A stretch of DNA of 64,000 bases from Fonticula alba ATCC 38817 (lineage: Eukaryota; Protista; Nucleariida): NCBI GenBank assembly GCA_000388065.2, contig KB932203.1; one strand, written 5' to 3'. Positions 50,054 through 61,739 of this stretch are shown here, piece by piece; position 1 is the stretch's first letter; each line of letters starts with the position of its first letter. A program made the position numbers and the translations under genes. The notes below the pieces were generated by a model. It made no database searches and had not been told where the DNA came from. It saw only the letters and a list, made by a program, of their open reading frames with translations.

Positions 50054-53000
50054 GTGTCTGTGCACGCCCGCCCCCTCCCCTCGGCGCGGGGCCGGTCCGC
50101 CCCAGGCCGCCCCCTTCCTCTCTCTCTCTCCCTTGTCCCTTGGAGCAGCAATTGCTCTCTTCTCTCCCTCCCCCACCCCTTTTCCTCCACCCCTTCCCTG
50201 CGTTTGGGATGCGTGTGTATGCGGAGAAGGTGCCACCCTTTTCTTGATACATTAATATACGAAATCCCCCCCTCTCTCCCCCCCCCCACGCCCCAATGAG
50301 CAAGCAGCTGGCCTCAGCTCTGCCCCCTCTCCTCCTCGAGTGGTTGGGACGTGGAAAAAGACCGCGACTCTGGCAAAAGGAGCGGGGCCAGGGAGCAGGG
50401 CGCGAGTGGTTCTCGCGGGTGGATTCCCTTGGCGAGAGGCGGGGGGTGGGGGTGGGCAGGGCCGGGCGGAGTATCTTCCTCACAGGGGGGGGAGCTCAGG
50501 AGGAGGGGGAAGGCAGAGAAGGAGAACTGGAGCGCCGCACAGCCCGCCCGGTGGATGGACAGTATGTGCCATGGGGGATCATGTGCCACATCATCTGAGA
50601 AGGAATGCAAATCACACGCCCAGGCACTCCAAGCGAGTTAAGGGCCGCGGGCTGGGGCGATTACGGCTACGGCCGGCGTTATGAGCATGCTTCACCGCGG
50701 CCCGGTGGTGGGTTGTTCTCCCTGCTCCGGAGGGAGGTCCGCCCTTCCCGGGGGGCCAAGCGACACGGTTGGGCCCGCGGCCTCGGGGGGGGGGGGGGGG
50801 GCGTCCGGCCAGGAAAAAAAAGAAAGAAAGAAAAAAGGCGCCACATGCCCCCGTCCCCGGGCTGAGGGAGGGTGTGGTCGCCTCCGGGTTCTGCACCATT
50901 GGCCTTCCTGAGAATGTACGGTCCTCCGCGGTGGGGGGAGGGGACACCGGCGGCGGGGCCGCGGCGTGGTGGAGTATTCCTCCGGCGTAACGTGCTCTCT
51001 CCCCGCCCCCGCCCCCGCTCCCTCTCTCCCGGCCGGCCGGCGTGGTGCAGTGGCAGGGGCTGCACCTTTCCTGGCAACCGGTGTCCCTGGTGTTTGCCTC
51101 CGCCCGGGGGCAGGAGCCAGGCATACTGGCGACAGCGCGGGGACTTTTCTTTTTGGACCGCGGGTCTCGAGCATTTTGCGCCTCCCGCCCGGGGGGGGGG
51201 GGGGAGCGGGAGAGCCGCGCCCGGATGCCCTTTGCTGTGCCGCAATTCGGTCCAAAGGGCGCGCGCACCGGGAACGCTGCGTCCCCCCCCCCCCCCCGGT
51301 GTCCACCCCGCCTCCGGGGGTCCATTGACACTAGCAGGGCGCTCATGCATGGGAGGCCTGAAAAATACAGGTCTCCAGGCTGCATGCCAACGAATCTCGC
51401 GGCGCTTGAGGGTGCGGTCTTCCAACCGTGCGCCACCTGGCTCGGGGAGGGCCGCGAGCCGAGGCGGGGGGGGGGGGGGGATATATTATTATCCCTGGCC
51501 CTTCGCCGGAAGGGGGTGTCGGTTGCCATCCGACCGGTCCCCGGGCTCCGGGCCCACTCGGCGCATGATGTGCGGCGACCCGAGGGCCCGGCGTTGGCTG
51601 GGCCGACAGGGTGGGGCGGGGCCGGGCGGATGGACGTGGGCATGAAGTCTGGCCTTCAGCTGACCGTGTCCGTCCTGCGTGTGTCCGTGCGTGCGCCCGT
51701 GCGAGAGGCGCGGGGGGCATTCGCGTGCGTTCGGCTGCGCTCGGGCGGCCGCACCTTTTCGGCGTGCGTGCCGCTCTGCCGCTATTCGGCGTGTGTGTCT
51801 GCTGGCTGTGCTCGGAGTGTGGTGTTTCATTTGGAGTTGGTATTTTCAAGCTCCCCATTGATCTGGCATCGGGTGAGAGGGTAATTTTGAGCGACTGCTG
51901 GGGCATTGGTTAGCCCGTCCTTCGGGCTCTTCTCGGCCCGCCCGCTGGCCTCGCTCTGCTTCTCCCTGCGGCAGGCTTTGGCTGCGCGTGTGTGTGGGGG
52001 GGGGATCTTTGACGGGGCTTCGCCACGTTATGGGGGCGGGGGGGCAGTCGCTCCGGCTCCTCCGCGCCCCGTCTGGATGGTCGGGTGGTGGCGCTCCCCC
52101 CCTCTCCCCGACCCCGCGCCTACCCCAGGACAGGTGCCCCCCGCTCCGTGGAGTGGCGTGGGGGCGGGGGGAGGCGGACGGCAAACATACGCACGCACGC
52201 ACGCGCGCGCCCCGCCCCCCTCCCCCCCCCCCCCCCGGTCCCCTTCCCCTCGAGGAATTGGCCCACGGGAGGTGTAGGGTGTTCAGGAAAAGCACGATGA
52301 CGGTGGGGCCTACCCTCTTTGTAGTTGGGCCTGCTTTGCGGGAGAAGGGGGCATTCTTGTGGCGCAAGCACGGCCCGGTGCCACTTTTGGGGCCAAGTCC
52401 TCTGTGTGCTGGCCGAGCTCGTCCCGGGCGAGCCGAGTCGGGGTGTGGCTGTTTGCTGGTGTGTCCCTGTGCTCTCCGAGAACACCCAGGCCATGGGCAC
52501 CTCTCTGCCTGGGCCTCTTTCTCCCCCTCGGCGCCCCTGGCTCCCCGGCCCCGATAGGCCTTGCTGTGTGTATGTGTGTACGTGGGGGGGGGGGGGGGGA
52601 CACGTGCAAGACGGCGCGTTCAGCAGTCGAAGGCATGCTACTCATCCGTGAAGGCCTCGGCCCGGGCCCCCCCCCCCCTCCCCCGCCGCTCCTCTTGTCC
52701 CCCACTTCCCCGCGGCATGCTCCTGACGTCGTGTCGAGTGCCCGAGGGGAGATGGAGCGGGGGGGCGGGGGGGCGGGGGGCGCATCCCTTTGGAGGTACC
52801 TATCGCGACGCCGGACCCCAGCGGGTCGCCCGAAACAGGTGGATGCTAGCGCACATGAATGCTGTGAGTGGCTGCCGGACGGCGAGTGGCCGGCCTTTTT
52901 TTCAATCCAGCAGGCAGCCATACCGGCCAGTGGTAGCACGTACTCCGGCCAATGGGCGGTTCGTCTTCCTTTCCGCCGTCTGTCTTCCCCCCGCCCGGTC

Positions 53001-53257
53001 CTTTTTGAGCCGTGGCCACCCGGGCAGGAGCCTCTGTCTCTCTCTCTCTCTCTCACACACCGTGCGTGTGTGGCGGGCAGTGGGTCTTGGATGTTGGGTC
53101 CTATGGCGGTTGCCCAGCCCCCCTCCCCTCTCCTGAGGATCTCCATATTGACAACTGAGCAACCCATTAGCAATGTCCCCTTGGCAGTCGCGCCTTTCGG
53201 GCCCGCTATCCCCCCCCACACACGCCCGCCCGAGTGGCGCCGGGCGTGTTGGCCGCC

Positions 53258-53293
53258 GGGGGGGGGGGGCGGGGGGGGGGGGGGGGGGGGGGT

Positions 53294-53337
<44 letters not shown>
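53258..53337. repeat. Near-pure poly-G tract of about 80 nt
   Basis: Read directly; comparable tracts at about 42193-42298 and 62255-62336. Confidence 0.9.
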
Positions 53338-55585
53338 CTCTCCCTCGGCCGGAGGCATGCGGCCGGGGTGCGGTTGGTGGTCTTTTTCCGTCTTTCCCTC
53401 ACGGCGCAGACCCGTCCGCACGGCCGCCCCCTCCTGCCGGGTGTCTCCCGTCCGGTCTGTTTCATATCTGCCAATCGAGAGCAAAGGCACCACGGGCGTC
53501 CGGAGGAGCCCCAGCCTCGCCGCCGGGCCGGGTCGCGCGAAGCCTTTTGGTCCTTCGGCCGAGAGCCGACCCGCCGCACGTCCAGAGCCCTGGACGGGTG
53601 CCCCCCCTCACGCTCGCGCCCCCCTCGCCGTGGCGGGCGTCCTGCCAAGCGGACATGGCACTTCCCGACTACCCTCCCTGGGGTGGACACGCCGGGCGGC
53701 CAGCTCCGGCCCGTTCGGGCCCGACCGTGCGCACCCTACCCGGGAACCGGCTTCCACGGCCGGGGCCGGGCTGAGCGGGGGTTCATTTTGGCGCCAGCGC
53801 CGCCGTCGCCGCCACAGAGAGGGGTGTGTATCGGGGCCCCGTGTGCCACCAGCCGCCCCCGCTCGGCGCACGGCCGAGAGGGCTGGGGCGCGTTTCCTGC
53901 GAAGTGCCGCCTGACAGCGACGGTTCTAGGCCCAGCCGGCGGGAGAGCGAGACGGGGGAGGGCTGTGATCTGGGCCGCGCCCTGGTCCTGCTGGGGGTCC
54001 TGCTCGGGGGTCCTGGTGTCCTGGTTCCTGGCGGTGCCGGGGGCGACTTGGGGCGGGGTGCCTCGTGCAGAGGCTCCCGCGCAAGCGCGCGCGGGCGCCC
54101 ATCCTCCCGGCGGTCGGGCCGGGGAGATGGCACACCCACCCCTCGTGCGAGTCTGGGCGTCCAGGCCCCCCGCTCTCGCCCCCGCGCCGCCCTCCCGCGA
54201 GGCGCCTCGCGGGCGATTGCCTGTCTCGCGCATCCCGGGCCAGCCCCCCCCGGTTGTCCCCCCCCCCCCCCCGCGCCGTACTGGGGGACGGTCAAGGTGC
54301 CCGGGGGTGCGCGAGACACGCGGCGTGGCGCGCCCCGGCGCCCGGATAGACCCCCCTTTTCCCCTCCCTCGGTCGGCCCTCGGCGGCCTGTTTACTAGTC
54401 ACCATTTTTGCCTCCCATGCCCCCCGGGCCGGGCATCCCCCCGCCCGGGCCCAGTGTGAGCCATTGAGTTTTCTGGGCATGCCGGGGGGGGGGCGGGGAC
54501 GCCCGGGACCGAGTTGTCGACCGGAGGCCGGACGTTCGGGCGGGCGGGCGGACGGGCGCGTGTCGCCCCGTAGTTCCGCCCCGAGCCCCGCTCGGTGGAG
54601 GGGTGGCCGGGCTGGCGGCGGGGCGAGGGGACACATCCTCCGGGCTGGGAATTTCCCCCGCCCCTCCTTGCTGTGCCGGCTCTCGCTGGCTGGCCACCTG
54701 CCGGCGCCCCTGCCGCCGTTGCCCGACGAGCCCGGCCCCTCCGTGCCCTCCTCGGCCGGTGCCCCAGTCCCACCATCGTCCGGAGGCGGAGTTGCGCGAG
54801 CCGGGCCCGTGCGGGAGATGAAACGAGTCTGTCGGGCGAGCACTCCCCCTTTTGCAGCCTTCTCAGGCCCCCCCCCCCCCCCCCCATGGGTGCACAGCAT
54901 CCGACCGCACGCCGGCCGGCGGGCGACAGAGAGAACCCCGGCACCCGCGCATGTGCCGCCCTGGGGGGGGGGGGGGGGGCGGCCTGCAAATTATGCACCC
55001 GGCACGCGGCATGCACCTCCCCAGCACACGCGCGCACACGAACACATGGCGACCGATTCACATTCACGCTCGCGCCCGGGCCCGCCCGCGGGAGGCCGCC
55101 GCAGGTGGCCTGCGTTGCCCGGCGGGGGACACTCGGCCTGGAGGCAGGCCCAGCATGGCGCGCGATCGGGAAACCCCCCCCCCCCCCCCCCCCCGGCACC
55201 CGCCTCCAGACCGGCCCCCCTGCACCGGGGATCTCGCGCCGGACCCGATCGCGTGTGGAGACCGATCTTCCCTCCGCCGCCGCGCCCCCACGCCTGGCGG
55301 CGAGGCGAGGGGCGTGTCTCACTGTCGGGGCTTTTTTTGTCGCACCCGACCACTACAGGGCCCCGCGCTGTGTCAGTTGCCTCTCTGCCGTCACTCGATC
55401 CGCGATCGGACTCCCTCCCCTGCCCTTCTACCCGCGCTTTCTACTTCCGCTTTTCTCCCCTCCCCCCCCCTTTCCGCTCTCGGGTCTGCTGCCTCTGCGA
55501 TAGCTTTCCCCAAGCTATTCCCTGCCCTCTGCCGCTCCATATGCAACGCAGCTCCCCCCTGCAATAGCAGATCTGCCCTGATACC

Positions 55586-55586
<1 letters not shown>

Positions 55587-55667
<81 letters not shown>

Positions 55668-55672
55668 CGCGC
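55587..55672. repeat. (GT)n then (GC)n microsatellite in a probable 5' intron of the LRR-paracaspase gene
   Basis: Begins with a GTGCGT donor-like hexamer, then a long GT run and a GC run. Confidence 0.9.
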
Positions 55673-55770
55673 CTCAATCCTCCTTCTCTCCTACACGCCT
55701 CAGTCAGCTGACCTATTGTCCCGTCCCCCGCTGCCCTGCTCCGCGCGCTTGTAGTTCTGAGCCTTTCTTC

Positions 55771-58700
55771 ATGGGTCATGGCGACAGCCCACACGTCCCC
55801 AAGTCGCCTCCTGGCGAGGCGGGGGAGTCGACAGCGCCTGACCGGCGGAGCCCCTCGCCGGTGGCCGTCCTCTCCAACTTCCTGGGGGATCTGGTCAACT
55901 TGACGGTCCTTGACCTGAGTGGTGCGTGTGCTTGTTCTGCATCGCATGGGCACACGCACGCGCGCACGCGCGCACGCAGGCCCATCCCATCCCGCCCATC
56001 CTCTTTCCTCCCTCGCCCTGTTCCTTTCTTCCTCTTTCCTCCCGCCTCCCTTTCTTTTCTCCCTCTCCTTTTGGCCCTCCCTTCTTCGGCCCTTCTTCTC
56101 CCTCTATCTATCTATCTGTCTGTCTGTCTGTCTCTCTCTCCCCCGCTCACTCATGACCACCGCATCCTCCGGCCATCTGCTTGTCTCGCCATCTTGTTGC
56201 AGGCGATTCTCTCGATGATTCGGCTTTCCTCCTGTTGATGGCCTCCCTTGCCGCACTCGATGGCCCGCCCCTGAAGGAGCTCTACCTCGCCGGTACGAGC
56301 ACGTGCTGCCCCCTTCCCTCCTCGTTCCCCTCCCCCCTCCCNNNNNNNNNNCCCGCCCCCACTCACCCGTGCTGCTTCCTCCTCGCCCTGTATCGCTGCC
56401 CAGATCTTGGCCTCAGTCCTCAGGGCTTTTCCAACGGCCTTCAACTTGTGTCTCGACAGTTGACCTGCCCGCCGAAATTGAGCGGCGTCCATTCCCTTTC
56501 ACTTTCTTGTGCGCATGCACCTGCCACTCTCTTCGCCTTGACGTTGGACCCCCTTGCCTCCGGCTCGCGTACTCACTCGGCCGAGATGCCACCTCCACAC
56601 CAGACAACTCCGTCGCCAGCATCCCCGCCTCACGGGCCCTTTGTTCCTTCATCGCCATGCTCCCGGAGCTGCAGCTTCTATTCCTCGAACGTGCGTCCAC
56701 ACTCTCCCTTCGCCGTCTCCTTCCGCTCTCCCCCCCGCTCCTCCTCCCCCTCCTCCTCGGACCGATGTGGCTCCCCTACCCACTGACGCCCTGTCGTCCT
56801 CGCTTGGCACTTTTAGATATGGACCTCTTCCCGTGGGCCACGGAGTTCCTGCCTCTGGTGTTGCCCCACCTGCCTCAATTGCAGGAGCTCCGTCTCGATG
56901 GTATGCACCATGCTTCCGTTCACACACGCACACGCGCCCCCCCCCCCCTCCTCCCCCCTTTTCGTCCCCCTGAATATGTTGTCCCTTCTTGATCTTGCTG
57001 ACCAGTCGATGAAATCCCCCCTCCCCCCCCCCCCGAACAAACACATCGTCATCTCCGCTCAGGCAACACCTGCACAGACATCGAGGTTGCCAGCATAGCC
57101 TACCAGCTCCATGGCAAGCCTCTCAGCCTCCTCTCTCTCCGAGGTAGTTCCCCTCCCATTTTGCCCCTTCCCTCCCCCCCTCCCCTTTCGCGTCTCCCCC
57201 TCTCTTTTCTCCTCTCTCCAGCCTCTCTAGTGCCGAGCCGACAGGGCACTTTCTTCTCTTTCCTCACTCTCCCCCCTCCTGCGCAGGCAATCCAATCTCC
57301 CTGAACCCCGATCTTGCTCCCTCCACTCCCCTGCTTGTCCAGTACCTGGACCTTTCAGGTACGTACTGTGGCAGACTACCAGGCTATGTCCCTCCCCCCT
57401 TCCCTCCCCGCCATTTCCGCTCGCTTCCATTGACCATGCTCCACGGTTTCTGCTTCCTCGCCCGCCCTCGGCATTCAGAGTCAGGTCCTCTCTCCATTGG
57501 CCACCTATCGAGCTACTTCTTCCCAGGCACCTTGGTCCACCTGAGGCTCGTCTGTGCGTCGCCATCCGATGGTCCTGGCCCCCCGCTTGTCTTTCCCACC
57601 CTGCGCAGGATCTCACCGTTTTTTTTCTTCCCTTGGATCAGCTTCGAGCCTTGTCGAGATGCCGCCTGGACTTCGGTCGCCTGGCTTCCCTGCGCTTCGG
57701 ATCCTGGAACTGTCCCATGGTGCGCTCTCTTTTCGCGTTCCCCCTCTGCTGTCTTGCGTGCGCACATATAGGCGCAGACGCAGATACACACACGCACACG
57801 CACACGCACACGCACACACACACGCACACGCACACGCACACGCACACGCACACGCACACACACACATACTCACCTCTGGAACTATCTCCAGTGCCTTTGC
57901 CCTCGATTACCACATCCCTCACGCATCTGCTCGGTCCAAATCTCCTTGTTCTGGATTTGTCATGTTCGTGGCCGATCACTCGCTTATGCCCGCTTTTTCA
58001 TGCCCGCTCCCTTGTGTTAGTATCCTGACACACACACACACACTTATCCAACAATCAGTCTGCAACCTGATCCCCGATGACCTGGCCCGATTGGCTCTCG
58101 AAAGTCGTCAACTCGGCAATCTGGCCTACCTGGACCTCTCCTGTGCGATCACCCTTTCGGTCAGCTTTCTTCCCACAGCGTGCCAGCGCCGCCTGATGCT
58201 GCCCCGTATCTGACCCTTCCCCCCTTGTTCTCAAACTACGTAACATGGCCGATGCAGCCAATCCCCTGGTCACCCTCGATGCGCTGACGACCTTCTTCCA
58301 GCTGTCCTTCACTCACCTGCGCCACTTGCTGGTGTTGTTTGTTGATGGTATGGCCCCGATGCCCATCTCCTCTTCTCTCCCTCTTCCCGCCCCTCCACCG
58401 CCATCACTCACCCGAATAACCGGTTGTCCCCCCCCCCTCCTCCCCTCTTCCTCCCCAACCAGCGCTGTCCATCCCTGCGCCGGCTGTTGTACAGGCACTC
58501 CTCTCTTCAGTCCTTCCGCCCCTGCTCTGGATTTCCTTCCAATCCGAGAGCCCCCTTTGTGCATTCCCCTCAACCGATGCGGCCGAGCCCCACATCACCT
58601 CTCTCCTTCAAACTCTCATGCTCCCGGCACACTTTGGTCGGAACCTGGCCGGCCTACTGGGCTCCGCTCTGGAAAGTCCGCTGGCCGGCCTCGCCCCATG

Positions 58701-60928
58701 GGCCACCCGCCTCGGGGCCTTCCTGGCCGATTTGCCCAGGCAGGCATCCGCCCTGGTGGGCTTCTCAATGGCAAACGAGCCCGGCAGGCTGCCCCACATC
58801 CGGCACCTGGAGATCTCCCATCCAGGCCAATTGCGTCCGATGGATCCCGGGGGGGCACCCATCATCCCCCCCAAGGCCCTTCCGGGCGCCGGGCAGCCGA
58901 CTGTCACTTCGACAACTGCCACTTCCGACAACGGCGTCAGTGGCATCACCGATGAGGTCTGCACGGGCAGCTGCAGCCGTTCCGACGAAGCACCCCCTGT
59001 CGACCTGTATGTGCCTCGATTATTTTGTTCTTCGCTCTTCCTTTTCTGCCCCCCTTCCCCCCCCCCTGTCTTTCAATTGCTCGGGTTGCCCCTGCCCCGA
59101 TCGCGCATCTCTTTCGGTTTCTTTCCCTCCCGGCGACTTACACCCCGCACACATGCGCAGGACACACAATCGCACCTCCAGCCCCCTGGCGCCGGCGCCA
59201 AGTCCAGCGCGATTCCAGCCCTGCCACCGCATGGCACAGTCGCCCTTCTCTCATCCCGGGCCGGGAGGGGGATCCCTGCGCAGCCGCAGCGTCTCGCCCT
59301 CCCCCTCGTTGTCCTTTTCTTCGTCGTCCTCCTCCTCCTCCTCCCCCAGGTCGACCCCCCCGCCGGTGGGGTCCTCCCCGGAGCCGGCGTCCGTGGAGGA
59401 GGAGGGCGATGAAGTGGGCTTCCCCTCGCCGGTGTGCATGTGGCCGGCCCTTTCGGAGACGCCCCTTCCGGCACAGGTGCCGGCCCTCTGCGCGTTGGAT
59501 GCCCAAGTCCCGGCAGCCGGCTGTGCCAAGGCCCCGGCCGCCAGGTGTGGCAGGACCCCGACTGCCGGTGATGACAGGCCTCCTTCCCCGACGACGGCGG
59601 CCATGGCCACCAGCCGATCGCCCTCGATGTTTTGCCTCCCCCCCTCGTTGGAGGAGGGGCCACCGGCGGTGCCGCCCCCCCTGCCGGGCTGTCCTCCAGC
59701 GGCGATGGGCCTGGCCCCGCGGTCGGGCCACCGAAAGCTGGGCCTCTGCATTGGCATCAATGAGTACCAGCACTTCCCGCCACTTGGCTCGGCGGCCAAT
59801 GACGCCTACCGCATTGGTCGGCGCTTTGAGGAGCTCGGCTGGTCCATCCGATATGTGATTGGCCTGGCCGGGTCATCGGGGCCCGGGGCCGGGGCCGGGG
59901 CCGGGGCCGCCAGCACCGGGGGGGCCGATGGTCCTCTGCCTCCTCGGCCGAATGCCGACTCGGGCTCTGCCACCCCGGCGGATGGTGGCTGGTCCGACAC
60001 CACCGAGCCGATCTTCGACTATTTGCCCCCGGCGGCCGAGCTGCCGGTCGATGAGTTTGGCCGGATTCGCGGCGGCCCGGTCTCCACGCGACGCCTGCGC
60101 GCGGCGCTGTCCTGCCTGAGCCGGACCATTGCCACTTCGCCCGAGCCGTGCATTGTCTTTGTCTTCATCGCGGCGCATGGCTGCATGAACAGCAATGTCA
60201 CCTATGTCCTGGGCTCGGAATGCCAATTCGACCGAGCATACCGTCTGGACCCGGCTGGCCTGATGCCGGTGGGGTTTGTGATGGGCTGCTTCCGTCACGA
60301 TGCCAGCCAGTTGACCTTTGGCTTGTCGATTCTGGACATCTGCCAGACCCCGGCCCCGGTGAGCTGGCCACCGACCGAAAGGGGGCTCAGTGGTGGGCTG
60401 CTGCAGGGGCCCGGGGCCGGCCGGGCGCGCCTCATGCGAGCCTCATGGCCACCGACGGCGCCCTCGTCCGCGGGCCGGGGGGAGGCAGCCCGGCGGCACT
60501 TTGTCCGTGAGGAGGGGAGTGTGCGCTTGGCGGCCGGGGGCCGGCCCGCCTCGCCGCCCCTGCCGGCCCAATCGTCGCCGGGTCCCTTGTCTGCCGGTAC
60601 TCGAGCCGAGGGGCTTCGCCTGTCGCAGAGCCTGGCGGCCTACTTCCAGCGCCGTTGGCCGGAGGCCGTGGCCCTGCCCCCGCAGAATATGGTTCTCTTT
60701 TACAGCTGCCTGCCGAAGGCCTTCTCGTACGAGCTATCCAAGCAAGAGCACAGCATCTTCACGGTGGTCCTGCTTGAATACCTGTTCCAGCGTCGACGGT
60801 GCATCTTCTTCGTTTTGCAGCAGGTTGCCCAGCGCGTATCATATCACTCCCGGCGTTTGTGTCACCGCCGCGCGCAAAAGCCATGCATCGTACACGCATG
60901 CTCCAACTCCTTCGAGCTGTTCCCCTAG
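55771..60928 (+). CDS. Leucine-rich-repeat protein fused to a C-terminal caspase-family (C14, paracaspase/MALT1-like) protease; about 1126 aa, 14 exons, 5' end uncertain
   Basis: Hand-spliced exons 55771-55921, 56203-56292, 56404-56508, 56604-56690, 56817-56900, 57063-57143, 57287-57358, 57479-57553, 57642-57719, 57892-57963, 58059-58142, 58258-58347, 58463-59006, 59161-60928 total 3381 nt. All introns are GT-AG and there is no internal stop. Splicing creates LRR motifs across junctions (SLSLSYNSV, ELRLDGNTC, LLSLRGNPI, LDLSFCNL, LDLSSNPL). The last exon carries LCIGINEY...NDA, FIAAHG, ILDICQ. Confidence 0.8.
59735..60925 (+). other. Peptidase C14 (caspase-hemoglobinase fold) domain
   Basis: KLGLCIGINEYQHFPPLGSAANDAYRIGRRFEELGW; catalytic His in AAHG (CAT 60176-60178); catalytic Cys in LDICQ (TGC 60341-60343); small-subunit strand NMVLFYSCLPKAFSYE...HSIFTVVLLEYL. 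Confidence 0.88.
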
Positions 60929-61739
60929 ATCAAGCGCGTGCGAGGGAGGGCCAGGCACAGGCAGCGAGGGCGAAAGGGCGAAAGAAGGCCCGACGAAGAG
61001 ATCAGCCACGCGCCAGGCCCCCTGGGGGGGCGGCTGAAGCAACCCCTGCTTCATCTGTGTGTGTCTCTTTCCTCCTCTCCCTTTCGCTCTTTCGCCCTCG
61101 CTGCCTCCCTCCCTCTCTCCCTCCCTTTTCCTTGCTCCCCCTTGTGTTTCCTTCTGTTGTGTCCTTGTCCCTTCGCCTCTTCCCTTGCCACCCTCCCCAC
61201 ACATGTGTATAGACAATCCTTTCTTCCCGCTGGCGCGTTTCTTTTCATGGTGTGATGGTGCGCAGCGTCCACAAGCACGGGGGAGGGGAGGGAGCGCAAG
61301 CAGCCAGAGCAATGGTGTTGTTGTATGTATACAGGTGTATTTAGAAGAGAGGGGGAGGGAGAGAGAAAAAAAGGCAGGTGCAGCAGAGCACTTGCAGGCC
61401 TTAGATCATCGCAACATATGCATGCGTGTGTGTACGTGTGTGTGTGTGTGTGCGCGAGCGTGGGTGGGTGCATTTGCGTGTGCGCGTGCTTGCTCCAGCA
61501 GAGGCGCGAAGGTCGCACACGGCCGCGCGCGGCGCGGACTCAGCGAGGGAGAGTATGGTAGAAGTCCAGTGCTGGCGCATGGCCGACGCACGCACACGCA
61601 CGCGCACACCGGGATGGCGCGGCGGGGAGAGGCAGCAAAGCCGGAGGGCGGAGGGACTGTCTAGGTGTGTGTCCCCCCTGCGCGCTCCTCTTTCCGGACA
61701 GGTGGCGGACAGCAGCCCGACACGGCCGGGCCCGAGCCC

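Noticed and set aside
58424-59230. Treating ORF 58424-60928 as a standalone 834-aa protein
   Set aside because: Its first roughly 245 codons overlap an intron, an off-frame LRR exon and the linking intron. The coherent frame there is ORF 58618, which splices into this frame only at 59161.
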